A stretch of 64,000 nucleotides of DNA from Mobula hypostoma. Its lineage: Eukaryota. Positions 48,474-59,726 of this stretch are shown one piece after another; positions within the stretch are counted from its first letter, which is position 1, and each line of letters starts with the position of its first letter. The position numbers and the translations under genes are program-made. The DNA lies in contig NC_086108.1 in the NCBI RefSeq assembly GCF_963921235.1, positions 10,974,001-11,038,000 on the forward strand, in the 5' to 3' direction. The notes under the pieces are model-generated. The model ran no database searches. It saw nothing but the letters and a program-made list of their open reading frames with translations, and was not told the origin of the DNA.

Positions 48474-49070
48474 TAGACGGTATATGAGGTGTTGCTCCTC
48501 CAACCTGAGTTTAGCCTCATCATGAAACCCGACGCAAATTGGGGGACCGCTTCGTCGAGCACCTCCACTCCGTCAGCCACGACAGACAGGATCTCCCGGT
48601 AGCCACCCATTTCAACTCTGTTTCCCATTCCCACTCAGATATGTCCATATATGGCCTCCTCTACTGCCATGATGAGGCTAACCTCAGGTTGGAGGAGCAA
48701 CACCTCATATACCGTCTAGGTAGTCTCCAGCTCCTTGGTATGAACATAGAATTCTCCAACTTCTGGTAATTCCCTCCCCCTCCCTTCCTCTATCCCTATT
48801 TCACTCTACTCCCTCCCCCAGCTCCCTCATTGTTCCGCCTCCTTCTTCTACTACCCATTGTTTTCAGGGCTATGATGTCAATGCTTCCCCTCCCCCACCC
48901 CTTTGTCTTTCAAATTACTGGTTTTTCAACTGATGCTACAAGCATTCTTCGAGTCCTTCCCCATCTTTCATTCTTCAGACCTGACGAAGGGTTCCGGCCC
49001 GAAACATCGACTCATCGTTTCTGACTGATGCTGCCCGACCTGCTGAGTTCATCCAGCATACTGAAAGTGT
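48474..49070 (+). mobile_element. 5'-truncated PLE with a 51-bp inverted 5' segment and a hammerhead
   Basis: ORF 48539-48769 is the GIY-YIG C-terminus; 48474-48524 is the reverse complement of 48668-48718 with 1 mismatch. Confidence 0.88.
48976..49012 (+). ncRNA. Minimal hammerhead motif; core intact, stems I and III partly decayed
   Basis: CAGAC-CUGACGA-A-GGGU(UCCG)GCCC-GAAA-CAUC-GACU. Confidence 0.6.
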
Positions 49071-49391
49071 TTCCTAGGATAGCTAATGTTGTTCCATTAT
49101 TTAAGAAAGTTTCTAAGAATAAACAGGAAATTGTAGGCCAGTGAGCCTGACATGAGTAGTGGGAAAGTTATTGGAAGGTAGTCTTGGGGACCAGGTGTAC
49201 AAGTATTTGCATAGAGAGAGACTGCTTAGGATAGTCAACATGGCTTTGCATGTGATAGGTCATATCTAGCCAATCTATAGATGTTCTCAAGGTAAAAGTC
49301 TATAGATTCTTAGGCGGTAACAGGCGAGGCGAAGAAAGTTTGGTTTTTCCTGTTTTCCATTTTTTCCTGTTCTTACAGGAGAGGGGGAAGT

Positions 49392-50327
49392 ATGAGTGTG
49401 AGGGCAGCTTGTTGTTCTCAGTGTCGGATGTGGGAGGTCCTGGAGTCTCCAAGCCTCCCGGACGTCCACATCTGCACCAGGTGCACTGAGCTGCAGCTCC
49501 TAAGGGACCACGTTAGGGAACTGGAGCTGCAGCTCGATGACCTTCTTCTGGTCAGGGAGAGTGAGGAGCTGATAGAGAGGAGTTACAGGCAGGTGGTCAC
49601 ACCGAGGCCACAGGAGGCAGACAAGTGGGTCACGGTTAGGATGGGGAAGGGGAAGAGTCAGGTACTAGAGAGAACCCCAGTGGCTGTGCCCCTTGACAAT
49701 AAGTACTCCTGTTTGAGTACTGTTGTGGGGGGGGACAACTTACCTGGGGGAAGCAACAGTGGCCGTGCCTCCGGCACAGAGTCCGGCCCTGTAGCTCAGA
49801 AGGGTAGGGAAAGGAAGAGGAGGGCAGTTGTGATAGGGGACTTGATAGTTAGGGGGTCAGATAGGCGATTCTGTGGATGCAGTCCGGAGCCCCGGATGGT
49901 AGTTTACCTCCTTGGTGCCAGGGTCCGGGATATTTCTGATCATGTCCAAGATATCCTGAAGTGGGAGGGTGAGGAGCCAGACCTCGTGGTACATATAGGT
50001 ATCAATGACATAGGTAGGAAAAGGGAAGAGGTCCTGAAAGGAGAATATAGGGAGTTAGGAAGGGAGTTTAGAAGAAGGACCACAAAGGTAGTAATCTCAG
50101 GATTACTGCCTGTGCCACGCGACAGAGAGAGTAGGAATGGAATGAGGTGGAGGATAAATGCGTGGCTGAGGGATTGGAGCAGGGGGCATGGATTCAAGTT
50201 TCTGGATCATTGGGACCTCTTTTGGTGCAGGTGTGACCTGTACAAAAAGGACGTGTTGCACTTGAATCATAGGGGGACCAACATCCTGGCGGGAGCTCGG
50301 AGACTTTGGCAGGGGCGGTCAAATTAG
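49392..50327 (+). pseudogene. CR1 ORF1p (zinc finger/coiled coil plus SGNH esterase); ORF2 absent
   Basis: CSQC..CTRC, coiled coil LQLLRDHVRELELQL, blocks IGDL(GDS)IVRG, GARV, HIGIND(GTND), ISGLLP, DVLH(DGLH). Confidence 0.88.
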
Positions 50328-51039
50328 AACGGAAAATACGGAATCTGGATCAGATTCAGGTGTAATATCACTGGCATATGGCGTGAAATTATATATATAT
50401 GTGTGTGTTCTTGAATCATCAAGTATTGGAACATAAATATGATAGGGAAAAAGGCAGAAACAATTTGTGAGAAGAACTGGGAAGGGCTGATAAATCTCTG
50501 AGCTCAGGGGGGAACATGAGATGTGAGTTGCAGGAGGGCGAAACTCACGGGTGTGAGATGGATTACTGAGTCCAGAACACGTGTCTGGTTCGAGGCAAAA
50601 GGTTTCAGAATTGAGAGAGAGTGTCAGGACAGATTGTCAGAGAGCAAGACTCCTTGGGCAATAATACCAGGCCAAAGTCAATCCTGCTTCTGCATGTGGA
50701 GAAGGGAAAACAGGGGGAGGTGGCGACAGAGCCCCCCACCCTATTTTTCTGCTCACTTCTCTTGTTCCACAAACGTTCCCCATTCCCAGTCTTCCTGCTG
50801 AGGACAGATACTGAATAAATCAGTTTATTAACAGAGATCCACCGTCTATTGGTTAATTCAATTTTCTTACAATGAACCACAGATGCTATGGTGCAGAGAA
50901 TGTCCTTATTATACAACAGCACTCTCAGCTGCAGAGAACACTAGCACACAGTTAGGATGCAGCCTTGGGCCTGGCATTGCTGCACTCAGTGCCGAGCACT
51001 CCCGGTGATGAAAACAGAAGCAGGAAAGATAAGGATTCA

Positions 51040-51169
51040 GAGAAAATAGAGAGAGGAAGAGAGTGAGAGAGCGAGAGAGAGAGAGAGGGAGAAAGAGGGA
51101 GAGAGAGACAAAGAGAGAGAAAGACACAGTGACAGAGAGAGAGCAGAGAGACAGGGAGACACACCACAG

Positions 51170-51227
<58 letters not shown>

Positions 51228-51270
51228 TCAGAAATAGAGAAAGAAAGACAGAGAGAAGAAGGGAGAAAGA
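51040..51270. repeat. (GA)n/(CA)n/(TA)n microsatellite complex; GA-rich sequence continues at 54105-54205
   Basis: Direct inspection. Confidence 0.9.
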
Positions 51271-51272
51271 AA

Positions 51273-51436
51273 GAATGGGGTCTTTTAAGAGACTCCTGGA
51301 TAGGTACATGGAGCTTAGAAAAATAGAGGGCTATGGGTAACCCTAGGTAGTTCTAAGGTAAGGACATGTTTGGCACAGCTTTGTGGGCCGAAGGGCCTGT
51401 ATTGTGCTGTAGGTTTTCTATGTTTCTATGTTTCTA
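51273..51436 (+). mobile_element. Short CR1 3' end
   Basis: TTTAAGAGACTCCTGGATAGGTACATGG..GGGCCGAAGGGCCTGT..(TTTCTATG)n. Confidence 0.8.
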
Positions 51437-51476
51437 ATAGAAGAGAGATAGAAATATACATATAAACAATAGAATG

Positions 51477-54100
51477 AAACATAGAAACATAGAAAATAGG
51501 TGCAGGAGTAGGCCATTCGGCCCTTCGAGCCTGCACCGCCATTCAGTATGATCATGGCTGATCATCCGACTCAGAACCCTGTACCAACCTTCCCTCCATA
51601 CCCCCTGATCACTTTAGCCACAAGGGCCATTTCTAACTCCCTCTTAAATATAGCCAATGAACTGGCCTCAACTGTTTCCTGTGGCAGAGAATTCCACAGA
51701 TTCGCCACTCTCTGTGTGAAGAAGTTTTTCCTAATCTCAGTCCTTTATCCTCAAACTGTGACCCCTTGTTCTGGACTTCCCCAACATCGGGAACAATCTT
51801 CCTGCATCTAGCCTGTCCAATCCCTTTAGGATTTTATACATTTCAATCAGATCCCCCCTCAATCTCCTAAATTCCAACGAGTATAAGCCTAGTTCATCCA
51901 GTCTTTCTTCATATGAAAGTCCTGCCATCCCAGGAATCAATCTGGTGAACCTTCTTTGTACTCCCTCTATGGTAAGGATGTCTTTCCTCAGATTAGGGGA
52001 CCAAAACTGCACACAATACTCCAGGTGTGGTCTCACCAAGACCTTGTACAACTGCAGTAGTACCTCTCTGCTCCTGTATTCGAATCCTCTCGCTATAAAT
52101 GCCAGCATACCATTCGCCTTTTTCACCGTCTGCTGTACCTGCATGCCCATTTTCAATGACTGGTGTATAATGACACCCAGGTCTCGTTGCACCTCCCCTT
52201 TTCCTAATCGGTCACCATTCAGATATTATTCAGATAATAATCTGTTTTCCTGTTCTTGCCACCAAAGTGGATAACTTCCCGTTTATCCACATTAAATTGC
52301 ATCTGCCATGAATTTGCCCACTCACCTAACCTATCCAAGTCACCCTGCATCCTCTTAGCATCCTCCTCACAGCTAACACTGCCACCCAGCTTCGTGTCAT
52401 CCGCAAACTTGGAGATGCTGCATTTAATTCCCTCATCCAAGTCATTAATATATATTGTAAACAACTGGGGTCCCAGCACTGAGCCTTGCGGTACCCCACT
52501 AGTCACTCCCTGCCATTCTGAAAAGGTCCCGTTTATTCCCACTCTTTGCTTCCTGTCTGCCAACCAATTCTCTATCCACATCAATACCTTACCCCCATAC
52601 CGTGTGCTTTAAGTTTGCACACTAATCTCCTGTGTGGGACCTTGTCAAAAGCCTTTTGAAAATCCAAATATACCACATCCACTGGTTCTCCCCTATCCAC
52701 TCTACTAGTTACATTCTCAAAACATTCTATGAGATTCGTCAGACATGATTTTCCTTTCACAAATCCATGCTGACTTTGTCCGATGATTTCACCACTTTCC
52801 AAATGTGCTGTTATCACATCTTTGATAACTGACTCCAGCAGTTTCCCCACCACCGATGTAGGGCTAACTGGTCTATAATTCCCTGGTTTTTCTCTCTCCC
52901 TCCTTTTTTAAAAAATGGGGTTACATTAGCCACCCTCCAACCCTCAGGAACTAGTCCAGAATCTAAAGAGTTTTGAAAAATTATCACTAATGCATCCATT
53001 ATTTCTTGGGCTACTTCCTTAAGCACTTTGGGATGCAGACCATCTGGCCCTGGGGATTTATCTGCCTTTAATCCCTTCAATTTACCTAACACCACTTCCC
53101 TACTAACATGTATTTCGCTCAGTTCCTCCATCTCACTGGACCCTCTGTTCCTTACTATTTCTGGAAGATTATTTATGTCCTCCTTAGTGAAGACAGAACC
53201 AAAGTAATTATTCAATTGGTCTGCCATGTCCTTGCTCCCCATAATCAATTCACCTGTTTCTGTCTGCAGGGGACCTACATTTGTCTTTACCAGTCTTTTC
53301 CTTTTTACATATCTATAAGAGCTTTTACAGTCCGTTTTTATGTTCCCTGCCAGTTTTCTCTCATAATCTTTTTTCCCCTTCCTAATTAAGCCCTTTGTCC
53401 TCCTCTGCTGAACTCTGAATTTCTCCCAGTCCTCAGGTGAGCCATTTTTTCTGGCTAATTTGTATGCTTCTTCTTTGGAATTGATACTATCCCTAATTTC
53501 CCTTGTCAGCCATGGGTGCACTACCTTCCTTGATTTATTCTTTTGCCAAACTGGGATGAACAATTGTTGTAGTTCATCCATGCGATCTTTAAATGCTTGC
53601 CATTGCATATCCACCGTCAATCCTTTAAGTGTCATTTGCCAGTCTATCTTAGCTAATTCCCGTCTCATACCTTCAAAGTTACCCTTCTTTAAGTTCAGAA
53701 CCTTTGTTTCTGAATTAACTATGTCACTCTCCATCTTAATGAAGAATTTCACCATATTACGGTCACTCTTACCCAAGGGGCCTCTCACGACAAGATTGCT
53801 AATTAACCCTTCCTCATTGCTCAATACCCAGTCTAGAATAGCCTGCTCTCTAGTTGGTTCCTCTACATGTTGGTTCAAAAAACCATCCCGCATACATTCC
53901 AAGAAATCCTCTTCTTCAGCACCCTTACCAACTTGGTTCACCCAATCAACATGTAGATTGAAGTCACCCATTATAACTGCTGTTCCTTTATTGCACACAT
54001 TTCTAATTTCCTGTTTAATACCATCCCCAACCTCACTACTACTGTTAGGTGGCCTGTACACAACTCCCACCAGCGTCTTCTGCCCGTTAGTGTTATGCAA
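51477..54100 (-). mobile_element. CR1 subfamily B, 2.6 kb, truncated within the APE domain
   Basis: VGVVYRPP, IMGDFN, EEPTREQAILD, KSPGPDGLHP, QHGFVKGKSCLTNL, YLDFQKAFDKV, GVPQGSVLGP, FADD; a few frameshifts. Confidence 0.96.
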
Positions 54101-55276
54101 TGAGACAGTATAGAAAGTGAAGAGAGCGAATAGAGAGATAGTGAGGAGAGAGTGAGAGAAAGGGGGTGACGAGAGAAAGCAAGGAACTGAGAGAGAGAGA
54201 GAGGGGATCTGAAGAATATTATCCTTGATGTCCACTTTTGCCAGGGAGCTGGGAAGAGGTCGACATGTTGCAGGATCTCATTTTGAGCATTTATCAATGG
54301 GCACCGGGCTTGAAGAAACGTCCCTCTCATGGAAAGTTCAGCATAAGCACCCTACCCTCTCTACCCTGAGCACCTTAGCAAACAAACGCCCCAGAAATCA
54401 ACCTCCGAGTGTGCGCAATCTCAGCTTCGCCCGTGTACTGTAGTCAGCGAACAATGTCAGAGTGAGCAAATCCCTGCTATCCCCTGGAGATACATAGGAG
54501 CCAAAGAGTCATAGAAAAGTACAGCACAGAAACAGGGTCTTTGGCCCATCTGGTCCGTGCCGAGCCACAGAGACAGAGCCAGGATCTATGCGAAGCCTGA
54601 CCAGACCCGAGGAACACCTGGTGCAGGGGCTTGGGAAAATGGGCTGTGTGGGAATTAAACTTTAAATACTGTACAGAATTGAGATGGAAAGAACACATTT
54701 GGAATTAAGGTAGGGAGATGAAATATTAATCTAATGAATGATAAAGTATTTTAAACCGATATTGAAATTTGATGGATTCATAATCCACATTAAATTAGTT
54801 TTCTTAAGGCTGAATAATTTGCTGGGAAATAATTATGACTCAGTATTGCCATTAAAACTACTTACACTTCAATAAGCACTAGATACTCAGGCTTTGAATA
54901 TATCAATACATAGCTATATATTATATATACTGTATACTTCTTACTGTAACTTACAGATTTAATTATTATATATTGCAATGTACTGCTGCCACAAAACAAC
55001 TAATTTCATGACATATGCCAATGATATTAAAAGTGATTCTGAATCCGATTTGGAATTTGCGTTAGAGTGCAGACCATCAAACGAAGCTCTCGCAGTTTGT
55101 TAAATGTGTTCTGGTCCTCTTCTTGTTGATCTTTTCTGTGATTGTAATCGGGATGCTCTGGATGACACAGCGCTGGATCGAACTGAACTGAGGTGAGCAG
55201 AATATGGCTGGACTCGAGTTTACGGGTGAGTGTTTTGCAGTCTCGTTTTCTCTGCAATTTGTTGGGGGAGGTTTGG

Positions 55277-55575
55277 TCATAGAGTCATAGAAGAGTACAG
55301 CACAGAAACAGGCCCTTCAGCCCATCAAGTCCATGCAGAACAATTTAAACTGTCTCCTCCCATTGACGTTCATCGGGACCTCAGCCCTCCATACCCCTCC
55401 CATCCTTGTACCTATCCAAACTTCTCTTAAATGTTGAAATCGAGCTCGCATGCTCCACTTGCACTAGCAGCTCATTCCACACTCTCACCACCCTCTGAGT
55501 GAAGAAGTTCCCCTCGTGTTCCCTTTAAGCCTTCACCTTTCACACTTAACCCATGACCTCCAGTTGTAGACCCAC
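55277..55575 (-). mobile_element. CR1 3' end
   Basis: Reverse-complement homolog of 55820-56103. Confidence 0.8.
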
Positions 55576-55579
55576 CAAA

Positions 55580-56103
55580 AAAGGTGTAAATAAGGTTGAA
55601 AGAGTACAGAGAAAAGTTACAAGGATGTTGCTGGGACTGGAGGACTTGAGTTATAAGTAAAGATTGAATAAGTTAGGACTTTATTCCTTGAAATGTAGAG
55701 GATTGTGAGGAGATTTGATAGAGGTATACAAAATTATGAGGGGTATAGATAGGGTAAATGCAAGCAAGCTTTTTCCACTAAGGTTGGATGGGACGTTCCC
55801 TCCCCCCCCCCCCCGTAACTAGAGATCATAGGTTAACGGTGAAAGGTGAAATGTTTAAGGGGAACTTGAAGGAGAGCTTTTTCACTCTGAGTGTCATGAA
55901 AGTGTGGAACGAGCTGCCAGCACAAGTGGTGCATGCAAGCTCAATTTCAACTTTTAAGAGAAGTTTGGATAGGTATGTGGATGGTAGGGGTATGGAGGGC
56001 TATGGTCCTGGTGCAGGCCAATGGGAGTAGGCAGATTAAATGGTTCAGCATGGACTAGATAGGCGGAAGGGACTGTTTCTGTGCTATACTTTTCTATGAT
56101 TCC
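55580..56103 (+). mobile_element. CR1 3' portion
   Basis: ERVQRK..RMLLGL; HRLTVKGEMFKGNLKESFFT..WNELP. Confidence 0.85.
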
Positions 56104-56494
56104 ATACTTAAGACACAGATAGATAGATTTTTCCACATCGGGGAATTTACGGCTCTGGGGAAAAGACAGGTAGGTGGAGCTGAAAGCATAGCCATGTTCA
56201 CCACGATCTCATTGAATGACAGAGCAGACTTGATGGGCCGAATGGCTCCTAGTTCTTATTCCTTCTGTTCCCCTGATCAGCATGGGTGTATTGAGCTGAA
56301 TGGCCAGTTCTATTCTGTCTGATTCGATGACTCAAGTCTAACAAGCCCTGGATGGAGTTGTAACATCAGTCACCTAGCTCGGTCAGTGTTTTCCTAGGAG
56401 GAAAACAGGAAGGTAAGATTAGATTTATTTACCATGTGTACATCAAAATATGAAAATGTACATTGTAATGCCATTGTAAATAGTAGAAAAAAAT

Positions 56495-56835
56495 TTCCTT
56501 TCCCCCCTCCCCACATCTTTTATTCCCACTCTGGATCTTTACCTCTCTCATCTGCCTATCACCTCCCCCTGGGTCTCCTCCTCCTCCCCTTTCTCCTGTG
56601 GCCCACTCTCCTCTCCTATCAGATTCTTTCCTCTCCAGCCCTTTACCTTTCCCAACCACCAGGCTTCTCCTATCACCTTTCAGCTGCCTCCTTCCCCTCT
56701 TCCTACCTTCTTATTCTGGCATCTTCCCCCTGCCTCTCTCATCCTGAAAAAAGGTCTGGGCCTGAATCGGTGACTGTTTATTTATTTCCGTAGACGCTGC
56801 CTGACCTGCTGAGTTCCTCCAGTGTTTTGTGCGTC
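56495..56835 (+). mobile_element. PLE 3' UTR and terminus with a decayed hammerhead
   Basis: Pyrimidine-rich UTR, then CCTGAAAAAAGGTCTGGGCCTGAA and GACGCTGCCTGACCTGCTGAGTTCCTCCAG. Confidence 0.7.
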
Positions 56836-56899
56836 TTGCAGTGAAACGCATCATTTGCATCAACAACCAGTGTAGTCAGAGGATGTGGTGAGGCAGCCC

Positions 56900-57090
56900 A
56901 CAAGTGTTGCCGTGTTTCCGATACCAGCATCTCACTAACTCTAATCGATACGTCTTTGGACTGTGGGAGGAAACCAGGGCACCTGGAGGAAACACTCACA
57001 GTCAAAGGGGGAGTGTACAAACTCCTTACAGGCAATGGCAAGAAATGAACTTGGATCACTGGCGCTAAAATAACTTTATGCTAACTGCAA
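56900..57090 (-). mobile_element. tRNA-derived SINE fragment (V-SINE/HE1-like)
   Basis: TCTTTGGACTGTGGGAGGAAACC shared with about 10212-10235. Confidence 0.55.
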
Positions 57091-57092
57091 TA

Positions 57093-58429
57093 CACCCTAT
57101 CCTCATTATATGCGTCTTCAGACAATGCGGATTCACAGTTATGTGAGGAACCTATTTCTACCAACTTCTCATTATATGCATCCAAAACTCACAGTTATGC
57201 GAGGAGCACTGCTTTCCGGCCAATGCAAGTCACGTGCGCACGCCTTAAGGATGAAAAAACTGTGTCAGGTTTCAAGGCAGCAAAGGATAGATTGACTTTG
57301 CTTATATGTTCCAATGCCGAAGGAGACTGTAAGATGAAGCCTCTCTTAGTTTACCATTCACTAAACCCCTGTGCTCTTAAGGGTTTGAGTAAGAATCTGC
57401 TTCCTGTCCACTGGGCAGCTAACAAGAAAGCATGGGTCACTGGTCAAATCTCTGAAGATTGGTTTGTTAATCATTATGCTGTGAGCCTGAACGCTACTGC
57501 TGGGAATGGAATCTTGCCTTTAAAGTTCTTTTATTGCTTGAAAATGCGCCAGCCCATCCTAAACATCTGGACAGCATTCATCCTAACATAACAGTGCATT
57601 TCCTACCACCTAACATAACATCGCTGATTCAGCCACTCGACCAAGGTGTGATATCCACATTCAAGGCGTATTTTTTATGGCGAACTGTCTCTCAGATGCT
57701 GCAAGCAACAGACGATTTTGAAAATCCTGGGAGTTTATCAATGGTGAGGGAATGGTGGAAGTCTTTCAACAACATTGATGAATCCTGGAAAGAGGCCAGG
57801 TCTTCCACTCTGAAGCAACTGGCAGAATTTTTTAAGGCTACGGAACACTTGGCACAAATGGCTATGGACATGGACCCAAGTTTAGAACGGAGTCAGCATT
57901 TCAGTCGTTCCCCGCAGACAGGCCTTCTTCCCTACAAGCAAATTCATGCTGAAAAACAAAATGCTGCCAAGCAAACAATCCTCACCACTTTCTTCAAACC
58001 GGAGTCATCTCCTGCTGCCGGCGGTACTGAGAGTTCTGTGAGTCTTCCTTCACCCCTTGCTGTCCTTGATGATCCCGACGATACACAAACATCCACCTTA
58101 TCCATGTAAAGCTGCCCGACACCACAACAACCCCTCATATCCCGGAGCGAACACACCTGCCACTGTTGGTGAGTACTGTACACCAGAAGATGTTAACTTT
58201 CTGTGACTTACTACATTGAATATTACCTTAAATTGATGAAATATAATACAAATGTTGCCTCGTGGTACTGCTTTTGTGTTGTATTGGTATGAAAATGTGA
58301 ATAAATTACAGATAAAACATATTTAGGAAGCCCTCAAGAACGCATCCCTATTTTTTCCATTTAAATAATTATTCACATTATGTGTCGACTTCGAGGAACG
58401 TATCCCCCGCATATAACGAGGATAGGGTG
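57093..58429 (+). mobile_element. Internally deleted Tigger/pogo DNA transposon
   Basis: 22-bp TIRs CACCCTATCCTC(A/G)TTATATGCG with TA on the left; GFKAAKDRLTLL..NKKAWVT..LENAPAHP..FLPPNITSLIQPLDQGVI. Confidence 0.92.
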
Positions 58430-58802
58430 TTATCAAGGATCCCACCCATCCAGCATCCTCTTTGACTTTCTACCATCAGGCAGGAGACTCTGATGCATAA
58501 AGACAAGAACGGTCAGGATGGGAAACAGCTTCTTCCCTCAGGCCATGAGGGTTCTGAACTCCCTGCCGCATCACAGTCAAACTGTCACAGGATAATTTGT
58601 CCGGTACCCTACAATATTTAACTTATGTACTTTACTTTGTTAATCTGTGCGTAATTCATTTGTAGACTTTATCTTTACTTCCTAAGTTATTATGTATATG
58701 TGCGTGTTATGTGTACTATTATGCTTTACTCCCTGGTCCAAAGAAATGTCTCTTTTGACATTGTATATGTATATATTTAAATGACAATAAACTTGACTTG
58801 AC
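58430..58802 (+). mobile_element. Rex1/Babar-type 3' end
   Basis: CTACCATCAGGCAGGAGA..AACAGCTTCTTCCCTCAGGCCATGAG; AATAAACTTGACTTGACT tail. Confidence 0.7.
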
Positions 58803-59726
58803 TATAGGGTGTCATTCTGGGGATTGTTCAGAAGCCAGGGAAATGATGAAAAGCTGATAAAGGGATAATGAAGACAGCAGACTGGGGCCGAGATGGAATA
58901 TGGATCAGCCATGATGAAATAGCAGTGAAAACTAGATGGGCCAAATGGCCTAATTCTATTCCTATGGCTTATGGTCTTATGGCTTGAGCCATTGAAAAGA
59001 CAACAGATGATTTTCAGAATCAGAAATCAGGTATAATATCACCAGCATGCTGTGAAATTTGTTAATCTTGTGGCAGCAGTACAATGCAATACATAATAAT
59101 GGAGAAAATAAACTGTGAATTGCAGTAAGTGTATAGACTATACATATTAGATGGTTAAATTAAATGAATAGTGCAAAAATGGAAATAAAGAAAGTAGTGG
59201 GGTAGTGTTCATGGGTTCAATGTCCATTCAGAAATCAGATGGCAGAGGAGAAGTTGAGTGTGTGTCTTCAGGCTTCTGTACCTCCTCCCTGATTGTAGCA
59301 ACGAGAAGAGTGTATGTCCAAGGTGATGGGGGTCCTTAATGATGGATGCCGGCCTCCTGGAGGCATCATTCCTTGAAGATGTCCTGGATACTACAGAGGA
59401 TAATGCCCATGATGGAGCTGACTAAGTTTACAACTTTCTGCAGCTTATTTCAATCATGTGCAGTAGTTCCCCGCGCGCACCCCCCCCCCCATATCAGACG
59501 GTGTTGCAGATAGTTAGAATGCTCTCCATGATACATCTGTGAGTGCCTTTGGTGACATACGAAATCTCCTCAAACTCCTGATGAAATATAACCACTGTTG
59601 TGCCGTCTTTGCAGAAGCATCGATGTATTGGGCCCAGGACAGATCCTCAGAGATGATGACACCCAGGAATTTGAAATTGCTCACCCTTTCCATTTCTGAT
59701 CCCTCTTTGAGGGCTGGTGTGTGCTC

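Noticed and set aside
48470..49082. AGGATAG on both sides of the PLE as a TSD
   Set aside because: The left flank is Rex-derived and the right flank is CR1-derived, so they do not rejoin into one target; the match may be chance
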